A stretch of 64,000 nucleotides of DNA from a virus (taxonomy: Duplodnaviria; Caudoviricetes), in IMG/VR virus record IMGVR_UViG_3300043432_000238, positions 1 to 64,000 of that record. One strand, given 5' to 3'. Shown piece after piece: positions 36,205 to 46,444 of this stretch. A program made the translations under genes and the position numbers. Position 1 is the first letter of the stretch; every line of letters begins with the position of its first letter. The notes beneath the pieces are model-generated. The model saw nothing but the letters and a program-made list of their open reading frames with translations. It did not search any database and was not told the DNA's origin.

Positions 36205-37361
36205 CCATCAATTTCGGCAAGCGCAACGGCGGCGCGCTGACGGCGGCCTCTCCCGGCGACACGCTCTACATCCCGCTGAACTTCTACAACGACAGCGGTG
36301 CGAGCATCAGCATCGGCTCATCGCTCGCCGTCACCGATATCGAGGTGTTCAAGAACGGCGGCGTCGCCCAGCGTGCGACCGACAGCGGCTATGCGATCCT
36401 CGGCGACACCGGTAATTTCGATGAGCGGATCGGCTTCAAGGGCATCTCGATCTCGCTGTTCAACACGGCCGACGATCCAAGCTTCTATGCGGTAGGGTCA
36501 AGCTACTGGGTGGCGATCGACAGCGTCACGGTCGATGCGCGCACGGTGCGCTTTTTCCCGGCGGTGTTCGAGATCGGCGAGCCGCGCGCCAATGTCGTGC
36601 AGGTGAACGGCGACACCGGCGCCGCCGACGTGCTGCAGAAATTTGCCGGTACGGCTGGCACCTTGTCCCCGACCGGCGGCCTCGATACCGGTTCCGTCGA
36701 CAACAACAGCTATCTGACGGCCGATACCAAGCGCATGAGCGGCGACACGGGAGCCGCCGACGTGCTCAGGCAATTTGCCGCGACCAATGGCACACTATCG
36801 CCCACGGGCGAGCTGGATACGGGATCGGTCGCCAACAATTCCTATCTGCCGGGAAATGTGATCCGCTGGCTCGGTACCGCCGCCGCCGCGCCGACCTTGG
36901 CGGGCGTTCCGAAGGTAGAAGTTTCGTCCTTCGCCGATACGGGCATTCAGGACCGGCTCAACAAGATCGCATCTGACACGGACACCGGCATCAAGGACGG
37001 CGTGTGGGATAGCGCGACACGGACGCTGACAGCCAATACCAACCTGTCCGGCCTGCAAGTCAGCGTCACTGCTTTCTCCGACACTGGCGTCAACGACCGA
37101 TTGGCGAAGATTCTGGCGGATACCGACACGGGCATCCAATCCAGCGTCAACGTCACCAGCTTTGCCGATACCGGCGTCAATCAGCGGCTTTCCGCGATTG
37201 CAACGGAAGTCGCCACCGTCGATACGGCGACCAGCGCCATCAAGGCCAAGACCGACAGCCTGACCTTTACCGTGGCTGGCAACGTCGACGCCAATATCCA
37301 GCGCGTCAACGACGTTGCCGTCTCGGGCACTGGCGCGGCTGGCGACGAGTGGGGACCATGA
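36201..37361 (+). CDS. putative virion fibre/decoration protein with internal repeats and 10 DTG motifs
   Basis: Two copies of GDTGAADVL..FA.T.GTLSPTG.LDTGSV.NNSYL and three of F[AS]DTG[IV]..RL..I. Confidence 0.75.
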   Translation: MTINFGKRNGGALTAASPGDTLYIPLNFYNDSGASISIGSSLAVTDIEVFKNGGVAQRATDSGYAILGDTGNFDERIGFKGISISLFNTADDPSFYAVGSSYWVAIDSVTVDARTVRFFPAVFEIGEPRANVVQVNGDTGAADVLQKFAGTAGTLSPTGGLDTGSVDNNSYLTADTKRMSGDTGAADVLRQFAATNGTLSPTGELDTGSVANNSYLPGNVIRWLGTAAAAPTLAGVPKVEVSSFADTGIQDRLNKIASDTDTGIKDGVWDSATRTLTANTNLSGLQVSVTAFSDTGVNDRLAKILADTDTGIQSSVNVTSFADTGVNQRLSAIATEVATVDTATSAIKAKTDSLTFTVAGNVDANIQRVNDVAVSGTGAAGDEWGP

Positions 37362-37582
37362 CCACGACCATCACGCGGAGGGTCGCGGAGCCGCCGGCAG
37401 CCGGCAACACGGCGCGCGTGGCTGGCGTCAAAGGCTTCACCCACGACGCCTGGGGCGGTCACTGGGGAACGTCCTGGGGACTGACGTGGACGGTTCCGTT
37501 CACCTTCGGTGAGCTCGGCCTCTCCCGGCGGATAACGGCCGACGCTTCGACGAACAACACCAAGCGCATTACGGGGATCTGA
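37349..37582 (+). CDS. small hypothetical protein (WG-rich)
   Basis: WGGHWGTSWG; coupled ORF. Confidence 0.55.
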   Translation: MGTMTTTITRRVAEPPAAGNTARVAGVKGFTHDAWGGHWGTSWGLTWTVPFTFGELGLSRRITADASTNNTKRITGI

Positions 37583-37583
37583 C

Positions 37584-37787
37584 ATGGCTGGAAAGCCTGA
37601 GAAGTTCATGGCCAAGGCCGTACCGCCATCGCATCGCGGCCTCTTCACCGCCAAGGCCAAAAAGGCCGGCATGACCGTCGCCGGCTTTGCGGCCAAGACG
37701 CTGGCTGCCGGTTCCAAGGCCGATACCAGAACCAAGCGCCAGGCGGCCTTTGCCAAGGCTGCGGAGAAGATCGCCAGTGATCGCTGA
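37584..37787 (+). CDS. small basic protein
   Basis: Lys/Ala-rich; GLFTAKAKKAGM. Confidence 0.6.
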   Translation: MAGKPEKFMAKAVPPSHRGLFTAKAKKAGMTVAGFAAKTLAAGSKADTRTKRQAAFAKAAEKIASDR

Positions 37788-38454
37788 TGTCTTGCCGCAA
37801 CCATTGAGCCACGAAGAACTGCAAGGCATCGCCGGTGAGCCCTACGAGCCGCGCGGCATCCTGCATTCCGAGATGGCGCTGATCATCCACACCTGCCGGG
37901 CCTATGGCGTCGAGGTCGTGATCGAAAGCGGCCGGGCGCGCGGGCAGTCCACCTACATGCTGGCGACATATCTGCCGGACACCGAGATCCATTCGGTGGA
38001 GCTGCGCGGCTCGGCGGATGAAGAGTTTGCCTGCGAGCGTCTGAAGGATTTTGCCAATGTCGCGCTCTATAGCGGCGACGGGCGCGGCAGCCTGCCGCTG
38101 CTGGCGGCGAGCGAGGCGGGCGGGCGGCGGACGGCCATTCTCTGCGACGGGCCGAAAGGCGCAGCCGCCGTCGAGGTGCTGAAAGACTGCTTCCGCATGA
38201 GCCATGTGCGCGTCGGCTTCGTGCACGACATGCGCAGGCTCGACCACGGCCAGCCGTCGATGCACCGTGCCGCGGCCCTCGCCGCCTTCCCGGCGGCCAA
38301 GTTTTCCGATGAGCCCGCGATCGTCGCCAGCTCGTCCTGGATGGATGCCAATATCCTCGCGAGCGGCGGCCCCTGCGGCCCGGCGCACGAGGCGGAGTTC
38401 GGCTCTTACGGGCCGACCATCGGGGTGTTCCTGAACCCCAGCTTCAAGCACTAA
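37777..38454 (+). CDS. class I SAM-dependent methyltransferase-like protein
   Basis: VVIESGRARGQST...SVEL...LCDGPK...HD. Confidence 0.7.
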   Translation: MIADVLPQPLSHEELQGIAGEPYEPRGILHSEMALIIHTCRAYGVEVVIESGRARGQSTYMLATYLPDTEIHSVELRGSADEEFACERLKDFANVALYSGDGRGSLPLLAASEAGGRRTAILCDGPKGAAAVEVLKDCFRMSHVRVGFVHDMRRLDHGQPSMHRAAALAAFPAAKFSDEPAIVASSSWMDANILASGGPCGPAHEAEFGSYGPTIGVFLNPSFKH

Positions 38455-38491
38455 GCACTAAGCAATCGGCACAAACTAAGGACGTTTCTCT

Positions 38492-39370
38492 ATGACCTTC
38501 AGCATTCTGAAAGGCATTCACCGCCGTGCCTTGGGGCTCGGCAATGCGGGCGAGGTGGTCGCCCGCCACGGCGTGGTCGTCGGTGGCGACGACAAGCCGG
38601 CTATCTATCTTTCTGGTCCCGATACCGTGGCCTTGTTCGAGGACTTCACGGGACTGCAAGCCGGTGACACCGGCGAGCTGACGCTCCGCTATGGCCCCTC
38701 TCAGCTCATTATCGGTTTTTCCGACACGGGACAGATCGTGCCTCGGCAAGGGCCCGTCGCTCCAGCCTCAGCACTCGCCAATGGCGTGTTTCGCCTGACG
38801 TCGTCCGCGACGTCGACGCAAACGCCCATCGGCGGCGCGCAGAGCCTGAACACGCCTGCGATCTGGAAGGCGAACCAGGGCCAGTTGTCGCAACCCTACG
38901 CAAGGCCGCTGCATTTCGGCGTTCGGCTGAAGACGAACACGCTTGCCGGAAATAGCCTGTTTGTCGGCTTCACGGATTCTGGCGGTACCGAGATCGCCGC
39001 TTACGATACTGGTGGCGGCATCCTCACCCCAGCCGATGATTATGCCGGCTTCATCTGGTCAGGCGAAGGCGGTGCCACCCAGCAGGCTTATCGGGCCGTG
39101 ACAGGCAAGGCCGGTGTGGACCAGTCCGCGACGACCGGCGTCACGCCGACGGCCGGCGTCTACGACGTGCTCGAAGTCGAAGTCAGCCCGGATGGCGCCG
39201 TCGCTAGCTTCTTCATCAACGGCAAGTCCGTGGCGCAGATCACATCGGCGGCGCTCACTCCGACTGTAGCGCTCGGTGCCGGCGTATGGCGAGCCAACAC
39301 GGACGGGGCGGCCGATGCCATCGATATCGACTGGATCAATGTCGCCGCGCCTCGGGATACCGGCACTTGA
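38492..39370 (+). CDS. putative capsid decoration / lectin-fold protein with 4 DTG motifs
   Basis: Beta-sandwich-like composition, LFEDF, FFING, DIDWI. Confidence 0.65.
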   Translation: MTFSILKGIHRRALGLGNAGEVVARHGVVVGGDDKPAIYLSGPDTVALFEDFTGLQAGDTGELTLRYGPSQLIIGFSDTGQIVPRQGPVAPASALANGVFRLTSSATSTQTPIGGAQSLNTPAIWKANQGQLSQPYARPLHFGVRLKTNTLAGNSLFVGFTDSGGTEIAAYDTGGGILTPADDYAGFIWSGEGGATQQAYRAVTGKAGVDQSATTGVTPTAGVYDVLEVEVSPDGAVASFFINGKSVAQITSAALTPTVALGAGVWRANTDGAADAIDIDWINVAAPRDTGT

Positions 39371-39386
39371 TCGGGTCAGGCCGCTA

Positions 39387-40010
39387 ATGTTGGACGCGAT
39401 CATCGACGAAACGGCCGGCAGCCCCTCCCTGCCGGCCTCCACCCAAGTCAAGCCCACCGGCATCGCTATCCTCGGCTCGCATCCCCAGACCGTGGCGATG
39501 GCCCCCTTCGACAAGGCCGACTGGCTCATCTATGCCTGCTCGCCTCACAATATCGAACTACGCACCTTGCCGCGCTGGGACCAGTGGTTCGAGGTCCACT
39601 TGCCCGTCCAGGACAAGACGCGTTCCTATCACTATCTGCGCGGGCTCGAGGAACAGGCTCGCCAGAAGGAGGCGCGCGGCGAAGAACCCGTGATCTGGAT
39701 GCGGGACAAGCTGGCCCTGCCGCATTTCCCGTGGGCGAACCCATATCCGGAAGCAGAGATGAAGCGGCTGTTCTGCCCGTTTCTATTCTCCTCCTCGATC
39801 GCCTTCATGCTGGCCAAGGCCATCACCGATTGCGAGGCGCAAGGGCTCAAGCAGATCGGCCTGTGGGGCATCCTGCAGCGCGGCCAGGGCGAGTATGAGA
39901 AGCAGCGCCCGGGCACGCAGTATTTCCTCTGGGAGGCGACGCGGCGCGGCATCAAGGTGCTGGCGGCGCCGGAGAGCGGTCTATTCGAGATCCCGCCGGA
40001 GGATTTCTGA
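39387..40010 (+). CDS. conserved phage protein, possibly a sialyltransferase/Maf-like transferase fold
   Basis: IAILGS...SSIAFMLAKAI...IGLWGI...EY..QRP; fold is my inference. Confidence 0.5.
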   Translation: MLDAIIDETAGSPSLPASTQVKPTGIAILGSHPQTVAMAPFDKADWLIYACSPHNIELRTLPRWDQWFEVHLPVQDKTRSYHYLRGLEEQARQKEARGEEPVIWMRDKLALPHFPWANPYPEAEMKRLFCPFLFSSSIAFMLAKAITDCEAQGLKQIGLWGILQRGQGEYEKQRPGTQYFLWEATRRGIKVLAAPESGLFEIPPEDF

Positions 40011-40132
40011 TCCAGATGCTCGCGGACTTTCTTCTGTTCGCCGTGATCTTCCTGCCCGGAGCTTTTCTCGCGCTCTGCCTGCTGGCGAACTTCATCATCA
40101 TGACCTGCCTCATCAGCAAGCGAGTGCGATAG

Positions 40133-40717
40133 ATGCTCTCCGTCACCGGTTATGGGTCGAAGATCATCGAGGAGCTGAAGCCGCTGCTGCCGGAAGGCGA
40201 GCAGATCGTCGCCTCGGCATGCGAGGGGCCGGTGCTGGAAGAAGCGCGCCGCTTCGTGCTCTGCGCCGGGCTCCTGCGTCCGGCACGGCTCGCCATGCAG
40301 ACGCCGGAGGAAACCGCCGAGGCGATGGAGGTGAACGTCTTCAAGCCGATCCGGCTTTGCGAGCACATCCTCAAGCGCTTCGACGATGCCCGGATCTGCG
40401 TCGTCGGCAGCGAATCCGCCTTCACCTGGTCCTATGACGACGCCTATGCGGCGGCGAAGGTGGCGCTGCACCGCTATGTCGAGACCCGCAAGCTGACGCC
40501 GAAACAGCAGCTGATCTGCGTGGCGCCTTCGATCATCGGCGATTGCGGGATGACGACGCGGCGCACCGACCTGGAGAACCTGGAGCGGCGCCGGCAGGAG
40601 CATCCGAAACGCCGCTTTCTCAAGGCCGCCGAAGTTGCGCGGCTCATTCATTTCCTGCTCTACGTTGACGAGGGCTATCTCTCGGGGCAGGTGATCCGGA
40701 TGAATGGCGGGGTCTGA
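40133..40717 (+). CDS. short-chain dehydrogenase/reductase
   Basis: VTGYGSKI, YAAAK catalytic motif, YLSGQVIRMNGG. Confidence 0.85.
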   Translation: MLSVTGYGSKIIEELKPLLPEGEQIVASACEGPVLEEARRFVLCAGLLRPARLAMQTPEETAEAMEVNVFKPIRLCEHILKRFDDARICVVGSESAFTWSYDDAYAAAKVALHRYVETRKLTPKQQLICVAPSIIGDCGMTTRRTDLENLERRRQEHPKRRFLKAAEVARLIHFLLYVDEGYLSGQVIRMNGGV

Positions 40718-40720
40718 CGA

Positions 40721-41431
40721 ATGCTTTCCGTCTGCTGCTTTCTCTGGGACGATCCTTCCCGCGAGCGCGACTACACCTTCGGCGAGGGCCATGTCGTCAC
40801 GCTGCGCAACATGGTGGCGCGCCACCTACACCTGCCGCATGAGTTCGTCTGCGTCACCGACCGCACGCATATCGCCGAAGGCATCCGCTGTGTGCCGCTC
40901 GACGACCGCGTCCATGTCCCAGGCACGTGCGGGCGCAAGCTGACGATCTGGGCGCCGGACGCCGGGACACGCATCGGCACGCGCATCCTCAGTCTTGATC
41001 TCGACATGGTTATCGTCGACGACATCACGCCGCTGGTCGACCGGCCGGAGGACGTTGTGATGTTCCGCAATCCGAACTATGTCGAGGGCGGCCGGCGCGC
41101 CTTCTATCAGGGCTCGATCCAGCTCATGACGGCGAACAGCCGGCCGAAAGTATGGAACGTCCGTTTCCATCCGCACGCGCCGATGATCGTCAATCGCCGG
41201 TTCGGCGGCCACGAGCAGGCATGGCTCTCAGAGATGCTTCCCTGGACGGAGGCGCACTGGAGCGACGCCGACGGCATCTACGGCGCCGGCCGCGTCGGCG
41301 ACTGGACGGATAAGACTGTGGTCGCCGAGCTGCCGCCTGGCGCGCGCATCGTGGTATTCCCCGGCAACCGCGAGCCGGGCCAGCCGCATGTGAAAGAGAA
41401 GTTTCCCTGGATCACGGAGCACTATGCTTGA
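40721..41431 (+). CDS. DxD glycosyltransferase (GT8-like), paralog 1
   Basis: LRNMVARHLHLPHEFVCVTD...SLDLDMVIV. Confidence 0.8.
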   Translation: MLSVCCFLWDDPSRERDYTFGEGHVVTLRNMVARHLHLPHEFVCVTDRTHIAEGIRCVPLDDRVHVPGTCGRKLTIWAPDAGTRIGTRILSLDLDMVIVDDITPLVDRPEDVVMFRNPNYVEGGRRAFYQGSIQLMTANSRPKVWNVRFHPHAPMIVNRRFGGHEQAWLSEMLPWTEAHWSDADGIYGAGRVGDWTDKTVVAELPPGARIVVFPGNREPGQPHVKEKFPWITEHYA

Positions 41432-42039
41432 CTGACGCCTTGATGGAATACCTGCCGCCCGCCCCGCCGATGCCCGCCCTCGCACATGGCGCCGGCAAAT
41501 ATGTCGGCCCCGTCGCCGCGAACTACGACGCCAAGCGCGAGCAGTCGCCGAAATGGCTCGCCGAGCAGGCCATCATCGAAGGCTGGCTCGATGAGATGCC
41601 GGAAGGCAGCGTCATCCTCGACGCCCCCGTCGGCACCGGACGTTTCCTGGAGGTCTACGCCCGCCGCAAGTTCGACCTCTACGGCCTCGACCTCTCCGCC
41701 GATATGCTGAACCAATGTGCGGCCAAGATGCCGCTCGGCTTCAGCGCCAAGCTGGGCCAGGGAAATGTCCTGAGATGCGGCTTGCCCGACGCCCATGTCG
41801 ACGTCGCCGTCAACTGCCGCATCACCCGCTGGCTGTCGCCGGACGAGAACATCCTGCTCATGAAAGAGATGCAGCGCGTCTGCCGCAAGCGCATCATCTG
41901 GACGGCGCGCGTCGAGGGACACATCCACGCCCGCACCGTCGAGCTGTTCAAGAGCGCGCTCCATGGCTGGCAGATCACCCGCAATGTCGCCGGCTATGAG
42001 CCGGCCTACCGCATCCTGATGGCAGAACCGTCATGCTGA
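41428..42039 (+). CDS. class I SAM-dependent methyltransferase
   Basis: ILDAPVGTGRF, GLDLSADML. Confidence 0.88.
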   Translation: MTDALMEYLPPAPPMPALAHGAGKYVGPVAANYDAKREQSPKWLAEQAIIEGWLDEMPEGSVILDAPVGTGRFLEVYARRKFDLYGLDLSADMLNQCAAKMPLGFSAKLGQGNVLRCGLPDAHVDVAVNCRITRWLSPDENILLMKEMQRVCRKRIIWTARVEGHIHARTVELFKSALHGWQITRNVAGYEPAYRILMAEPSC

Positions 42040-42752
42040 CCGTCGCCACCTATTTCTGGCAGCCTGATAGCGGCAGCAAGTTCGCCGCGCCCTATACGCC
42101 TGACGATGTACGCCGGCTGCAGCGCGCCGTGGCGAAGAACCTGACGCTGCCGCATCGCTTCGCCGTCATCACCGACCGACCGCAATTGTTCGCTGATGAT
42201 GCCGCGATCACCGCCATTCCGATCGACTGGACAACGCACGTCCCGCGCACCTGCTATGTCCGGCTGATGACGTTTCATCCCGATGGCGCGGCGATCTTCG
42301 GCGAGCGCATCCTGCAGCTTGATCTCGACACGATGATCGTCGGCAATCTCGACGCCATCGCCTCTCGCGAGGAGGATCTCATTCTCTGGCGGAATTCCTG
42401 CTGGGGGCCTGCCTTCCCGAGCCGCGCGTTCTACAACACGTCCGTGCTGTCGCACCGCTGCGGCACCGAGCCCTATATCTGGCGTCAGTGCGCGCGAATG
42501 ACCGAAGCGGCGTGCAGGGCCCTGAAGGATGACCAATGGTATCTTTCCGCCGTCGTCGGCAAGGAAGCGCCCTATTTCGATGGCGCCCGTGACGGCGTTT
42601 ATCGCATCGCCCGCGAGGACACGCCGGGTTCCGGCGTCTGGGGGGCGCTGCCTAAAAACGCGCGGATCGTGACCTTCCCCGGATCTGAAGGCAAGGCTGA
42701 CAACCCACGCGTTCGGGCTGGCAATCCGTGGATCAGGGAGTTTGCAGCGTGA
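42033..42752 (+). CDS. DxD glycosyltransferase (GT8-like), paralog 2
   Basis: LQRAVAKNLTLPHRFAVITD...QLDLDTMIVG. Confidence 0.8.
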   Translation: MLTVATYFWQPDSGSKFAAPYTPDDVRRLQRAVAKNLTLPHRFAVITDRPQLFADDAAITAIPIDWTTHVPRTCYVRLMTFHPDGAAIFGERILQLDLDTMIVGNLDAIASREEDLILWRNSCWGPAFPSRAFYNTSVLSHRCGTEPYIWRQCARMTEAACRALKDDQWYLSAVVGKEAPYFDGARDGVYRIAREDTPGSGVWGALPKNARIVTFPGSEGKADNPRVRAGNPWIREFAA

Positions 42753-43570
42753 CCGCGGACGAACTCAACGTCGCTATCGCGCAGATCGCTACCCTGCCGC
42801 GCGTGCGTTTCGAGGTCGGCCTGGGCGAAAGCGCGGACAACTGGCTCCGGAAGAAGCATGCCCAGCCCGGCGATGTGCATGAGCCGGCGACGCTGGCTGC
42901 GTTCCTCGCCGCCTTCAAGCGCGGCGGCATCAAGCAGATTTTCGACGTCGGCGCGCTCTACGGCTATTTCACGCTGTTCGCGCTGAGCCTGTTCGACGAG
43001 GCCGAGGTCACCGCCTTCGAGATGCATCCCGGCACCGTCGGTCCGCTCTATTACAACGTCGCCCCCTATGCCGGCGTCGTCGCTGCGGCGATCTCCGATC
43101 AATGCCGCCGGAAGCAAAAGATCTGGATCTCCGGCTTCAATATCTTCGAGGAGCCGACCGGCGGCTGGGAGATGCTGGAGACGATCCCCGGCGCGATGAA
43201 GGAGCGCGGCCCCGGCAATCGCGGGCGCGGCTTCGCCGAGGTCGACTTCATCACGCTGGATGCCTGGTGCGCCGACCATCCGGCGCCGGACCTGATCAAG
43301 ATCGACGTCGAGGGTTTTCAGGCCAAGGCCGTCCGCGGCGGCCTCAACACCATCGCCGCGCACAAGCCGATGATCGTCATCGAGCTGCACGATCCGGAGA
43401 AGCTGGCGCGCTTCGGCACCACCAATGCTCAAACCGTGAAGCCGCTGTTCGATCTCGGCTACAAGGCATTCTGGTGCCCGAACTTCCGGGACAAAAATGC
43501 GCGCTTCGAACCGGTCGAGGCGATGGATGAGCGGCATGAGAAGCTCTGCATCATGGTGTTTGCGGTTTGA
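42749..43570 (+). CDS. FkbM-family methyltransferase
   Basis: FDVGALYGYF, TLD.W, DLIKIDVEG. Confidence 0.88.
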   Translation: MTADELNVAIAQIATLPRVRFEVGLGESADNWLRKKHAQPGDVHEPATLAAFLAAFKRGGIKQIFDVGALYGYFTLFALSLFDEAEVTAFEMHPGTVGPLYYNVAPYAGVVAAAISDQCRRKQKIWISGFNIFEEPTGGWEMLETIPGAMKERGPGNRGRGFAEVDFITLDAWCADHPAPDLIKIDVEGFQAKAVRGGLNTIAAHKPMIVIELHDPEKLARFGTTNAQTVKPLFDLGYKAFWCPNFRDKNARFEPVEAMDERHEKLCIMVFAV

Positions 43571-44394
43571 AGGGCATCGTCGAGGCTGAGGCGTTTCCGG
43601 CACCAGCCGCCGCGGCATTATTCGGCCCTGGCGTTGTCAGTGTCGAAGAGGTGCGTTGGTCTGCGACCAGCGGCGCAAGAGGCCGGTTTTGGACGGCAGT
43701 CTCTCCAGATGGCGTATTCTGGGTTTCCGACGGCGAAGACCGGATGGCAGCATTGCCAAAGCGCGCATTGCGGTTTCTGCGCTCCGGCATCGCCTCGCGC
43801 TGCAATGGTCTGGTTGATCGTTACCTGAAGGGAATCGTCCCCGTCGGCGAAGGCGATACCGTCGTCAACTTCGGCGCCAATATCGGCGAGGTCGCTGTCA
43901 CACTTGCGAAGCGCGGCGCGCGCGTCATCGCGATTGAGCCCGACCCGAATATCCTTCCGTTCCTCGCAGCCAACGCGGAAGGCAAGCGGATCGAGATCGC
44001 GCCAGTCGCGGCGTGGTATCTGGATGGTGATGTCGAGGTGCACATCGCGACGGACACCGCCGATACTTCGGTGTTCGAGCCCAAGCCAGGTCGCTCGACT
44101 TCTCGGATGTCGTTGCCATGCCGCACGATCGACGGTATCGTCGCAGATCGCGGAATCGACCGTGTCCGCCTTATCGTTGGGGACGCTGAAGGCGCTGAGC
44201 CCGAGGTGCTCGCGGGCGCGTTCGCAACCCTGGCGATGACCGACTATGTCAGTATTTCCTGCAGCGATGAGCGCTGCGGTCAAACGACGATCGACACATG
44301 TGAGAGGATCTTGTGGAACAGCGGGTTTGAAACCGTCCACCGCGAAAGCACAAAATTCTGCATACTGATTGGGAAAAACCGAAGGTCTGAATGA
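43567..44394 (+). CDS. FkbM-family methyltransferase
   Basis: VVNFGANIG, AIEPDP, DAEGAEPEVLAG. Confidence 0.85.
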   Translation: MKGIVEAEAFPAPAAAALFGPGVVSVEEVRWSATSGARGRFWTAVSPDGVFWVSDGEDRMAALPKRALRFLRSGIASRCNGLVDRYLKGIVPVGEGDTVVNFGANIGEVAVTLAKRGARVIAIEPDPNILPFLAANAEGKRIEIAPVAAWYLDGDVEVHIATDTADTSVFEPKPGRSTSRMSLPCRTIDGIVADRGIDRVRLIVGDAEGAEPEVLAGAFATLAMTDYVSISCSDERCGQTTIDTCERILWNSGFETVHRESTKFCILIGKNRRSE

Positions 44395-44720
44395 CGACTG
44401 TCAGCTACACATCGGAGGTCAATATCCTCGCCAAGACGGTGAAAGTCGAATGGGCTGGTCTTTCCGCAGGCGACGAAGGCCAGCCCTTTGATTGCACAGG
44501 CTTACGGCTTGCTTCGATCCAAGCTACCGGAGATTTTGGCAGCGGTGGGAATGTGTACCTTCACGCCAGCGATGAGATTACGCCGACAAACTTTGGACGG
44601 TGGCAAAAAATCGAGCATGTCAGCATAGGCGACGTGGATTTCACAATGTTCGGAGCGATCAAACCCGTTGCTGACGCCAATATCGCGAATGCGGGTGTCG
44701 CTCTCCTTTTCGCGCGGTGA
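44391..44720 (+). CDS. small beta-rich protein, paralog 2 of 3
   Basis: VKVEWAGL..GDEGQPFDCTGL. Confidence 0.7.
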   Translation: MTTVSYTSEVNILAKTVKVEWAGLSAGDEGQPFDCTGLRLASIQATGDFGSGGNVYLHASDEITPTNFGRWQKIEHVSIGDVDFTMFGAIKPVADANIANAGVALLFAR

Positions 44721-45442
44721 CGCTGACCGTCTGCACCTATCTCTGGGAGCCCGTCGAAGGCAGCCGGTATTCCCGTTACGGACCCGACGACGTGCGCCTC
44801 CTTCAGCGGATGGTGGCGCGCAATCTATCCATTCCGCATGACTTCGTGGTGGTCACCGATCATCCGGAAGCCTTCGCCGACGACAGCGCGATCAGGGTCG
44901 TGCCGATCGACTGGACGACGCATGTGTCTGATACCTGCTTCGTGCGCCTGTTCACCTTCAGCCCAAGAGCGAGGAAGATCATCGGCGAGCGCGTGCTGCA
45001 GCTTGACCTCGACACGGTCATCGTCGGAGATCTCGGACCGATCGTCGATCGCAGCGAAGACCTTGTGCTCTGGCGCAACCCGCGGAAATGGCCGCTGACT
45101 TTCCCGGAAGTCGGGCATGCCAAGAGGCTGTCCTGGTTCAATGGCGCGGTGATGTTGCACAGTCCCGGCACCTGGGGGGTGATCTGGCAGAATTTTGATC
45201 CGCATGACCCCGGTGCTAGGGACGATCAATGGTTGATTTCCGATTATGCGGGCAAGGACAATCCGTATTGGGATCAGAATGACGGGATCTACCGACCCGC
45301 GTCGCGATACAGGCCCTGGCAGGGTATCGGTGACGGGAAATTGCCAGCGAATGCTAGGCTGGTGACCTTTGCTGGCGATTGTAAGCCATGGTTGCCAGAA
45401 GTGATCGCAGAAAATCCATGGATTCAGGAATTCAGGAGATAG
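44717..45442 (+). CDS. DxD glycosyltransferase (GT8-like), paralog 3
   Basis: LQRMVARNLSIPHDFVVVTD...QLDLDTVIVG. Confidence 0.8.
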   Translation: MTLTVCTYLWEPVEGSRYSRYGPDDVRLLQRMVARNLSIPHDFVVVTDHPEAFADDSAIRVVPIDWTTHVSDTCFVRLFTFSPRARKIIGERVLQLDLDTVIVGDLGPIVDRSEDLVLWRNPRKWPLTFPEVGHAKRLSWFNGAVMLHSPGTWGVIWQNFDPHDPGARDDQWLISDYAGKDNPYWDQNDGIYRPASRYRPWQGIGDGKLPANARLVTFAGDCKPWLPEVIAENPWIQEFRR

Positions 45443-45443
45443 C

Positions 45444-45767
45444 ATGGCAACGATCAATTACTCGATCGAGCAGAACCTTGCCGCTGGTTATACCAAGGTA
45501 GAATGGGCCGGTATGGCAACCGGCGATGTCGGTCAAGTCTTTGACTGCGCGGGCCTGCGCATCGCTTGCGTGCATCAATCGGCGACACTGTCGGGAAATG
45601 TCAACATCTACGCCAGCAATCAGATCACGCCGACTGATTTTGGCTTGATCTTGCAGATGAACGAGACGTCGCCTCGGACGCCAGACCAGAAAGAGGTCGG
45701 TGCCGTCAAGCCAATCATTACAGGCACCGGCACCGGCATTACCGTCGCGATCCTGTTCAAAGTTTAA
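45444..45767 (+). CDS. small beta-rich protein, paralog 3 of 3
   Basis: INYSIEQN...TKVEWAGM..GDVGQVFDCAGL. Confidence 0.7.
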   Translation: MATINYSIEQNLAAGYTKVEWAGMATGDVGQVFDCAGLRIACVHQSATLSGNVNIYASNQITPTDFGLILQMNETSPRTPDQKEVGAVKPIITGTGTGITVAILFKV

Positions 45768-45769
45768 AC

Positions 45770-46444
45770 GTGCGCTGGCTCGACGTTGCCGGCCCCCCCG
45801 GCTGTGGAAAATCCACCCTCTGCTATCCGGTCTGGGGCGACAAATCCGTGACCTGGGACGGGCATCTGCCGCCCGCCTACTGGCAGCCGTTTCTCGACGA
45901 GATGACCACGCTCATGCTTCTGGTGCGCGATCACCCGTCATTCGAGGCGGTGCTGCGGATGAATGACCGCTCCGCCAAGAAGATGGCGAGCGTCGAGCGC
46001 ATCCGCGATGAGGGCACCTTCGTGCAGACCGGGCTCATTCAGCGCGTGCTCGGCTTCGGCTGGCGCCTCAAGGATCTCGGCCGGGACGTCAATCTGATCC
46101 GCCGCGCCTTGCGGGTGATGCCGGTCTCGGTCGGCGCGGCCTTTCTCGAAGCCGACGACGCGACCATCATCGCCCGCAACAAGGCCCGCGAGCAGGTGGC
46201 GGCGACCGCGCACGAAAACCGCTCTTTCCAGGCGCCGCTGATGCGGCCCGCCATCATCATCGCCAAAGAGGTTCTGCGTGAGCGAGGCGTCCCCTTCGTC
46301 GAGATCGATGTCCAGCATCAGCTCGTCAACGCTGCCCGGTTTGATCTGCTCGACTTTGCCGACCGGCAGCCTTGTGACGCCGCGCAGGTTCGATCTGGCG
46401 GTGAAATGGCGCCTGTTCCGGCACCTCCTCCATGGTGGCGATGA
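45770..46444 (+). CDS. P-loop kinase-like protein
   Basis: AGPPGCGKST; NMP-kinase-like topology. Confidence 0.7.
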   Translation: MRWLDVAGPPGCGKSTLCYPVWGDKSVTWDGHLPPAYWQPFLDEMTTLMLLVRDHPSFEAVLRMNDRSAKKMASVERIRDEGTFVQTGLIQRVLGFGWRLKDLGRDVNLIRRALRVMPVSVGAAFLEADDATIIARNKAREQVAATAHENRSFQAPLMRPAIIIAKEVLRERGVPFVEIDVQHQLVNAARFDLLDFADRQPCDAAQVRSGGEMAPVPAPPPWWR

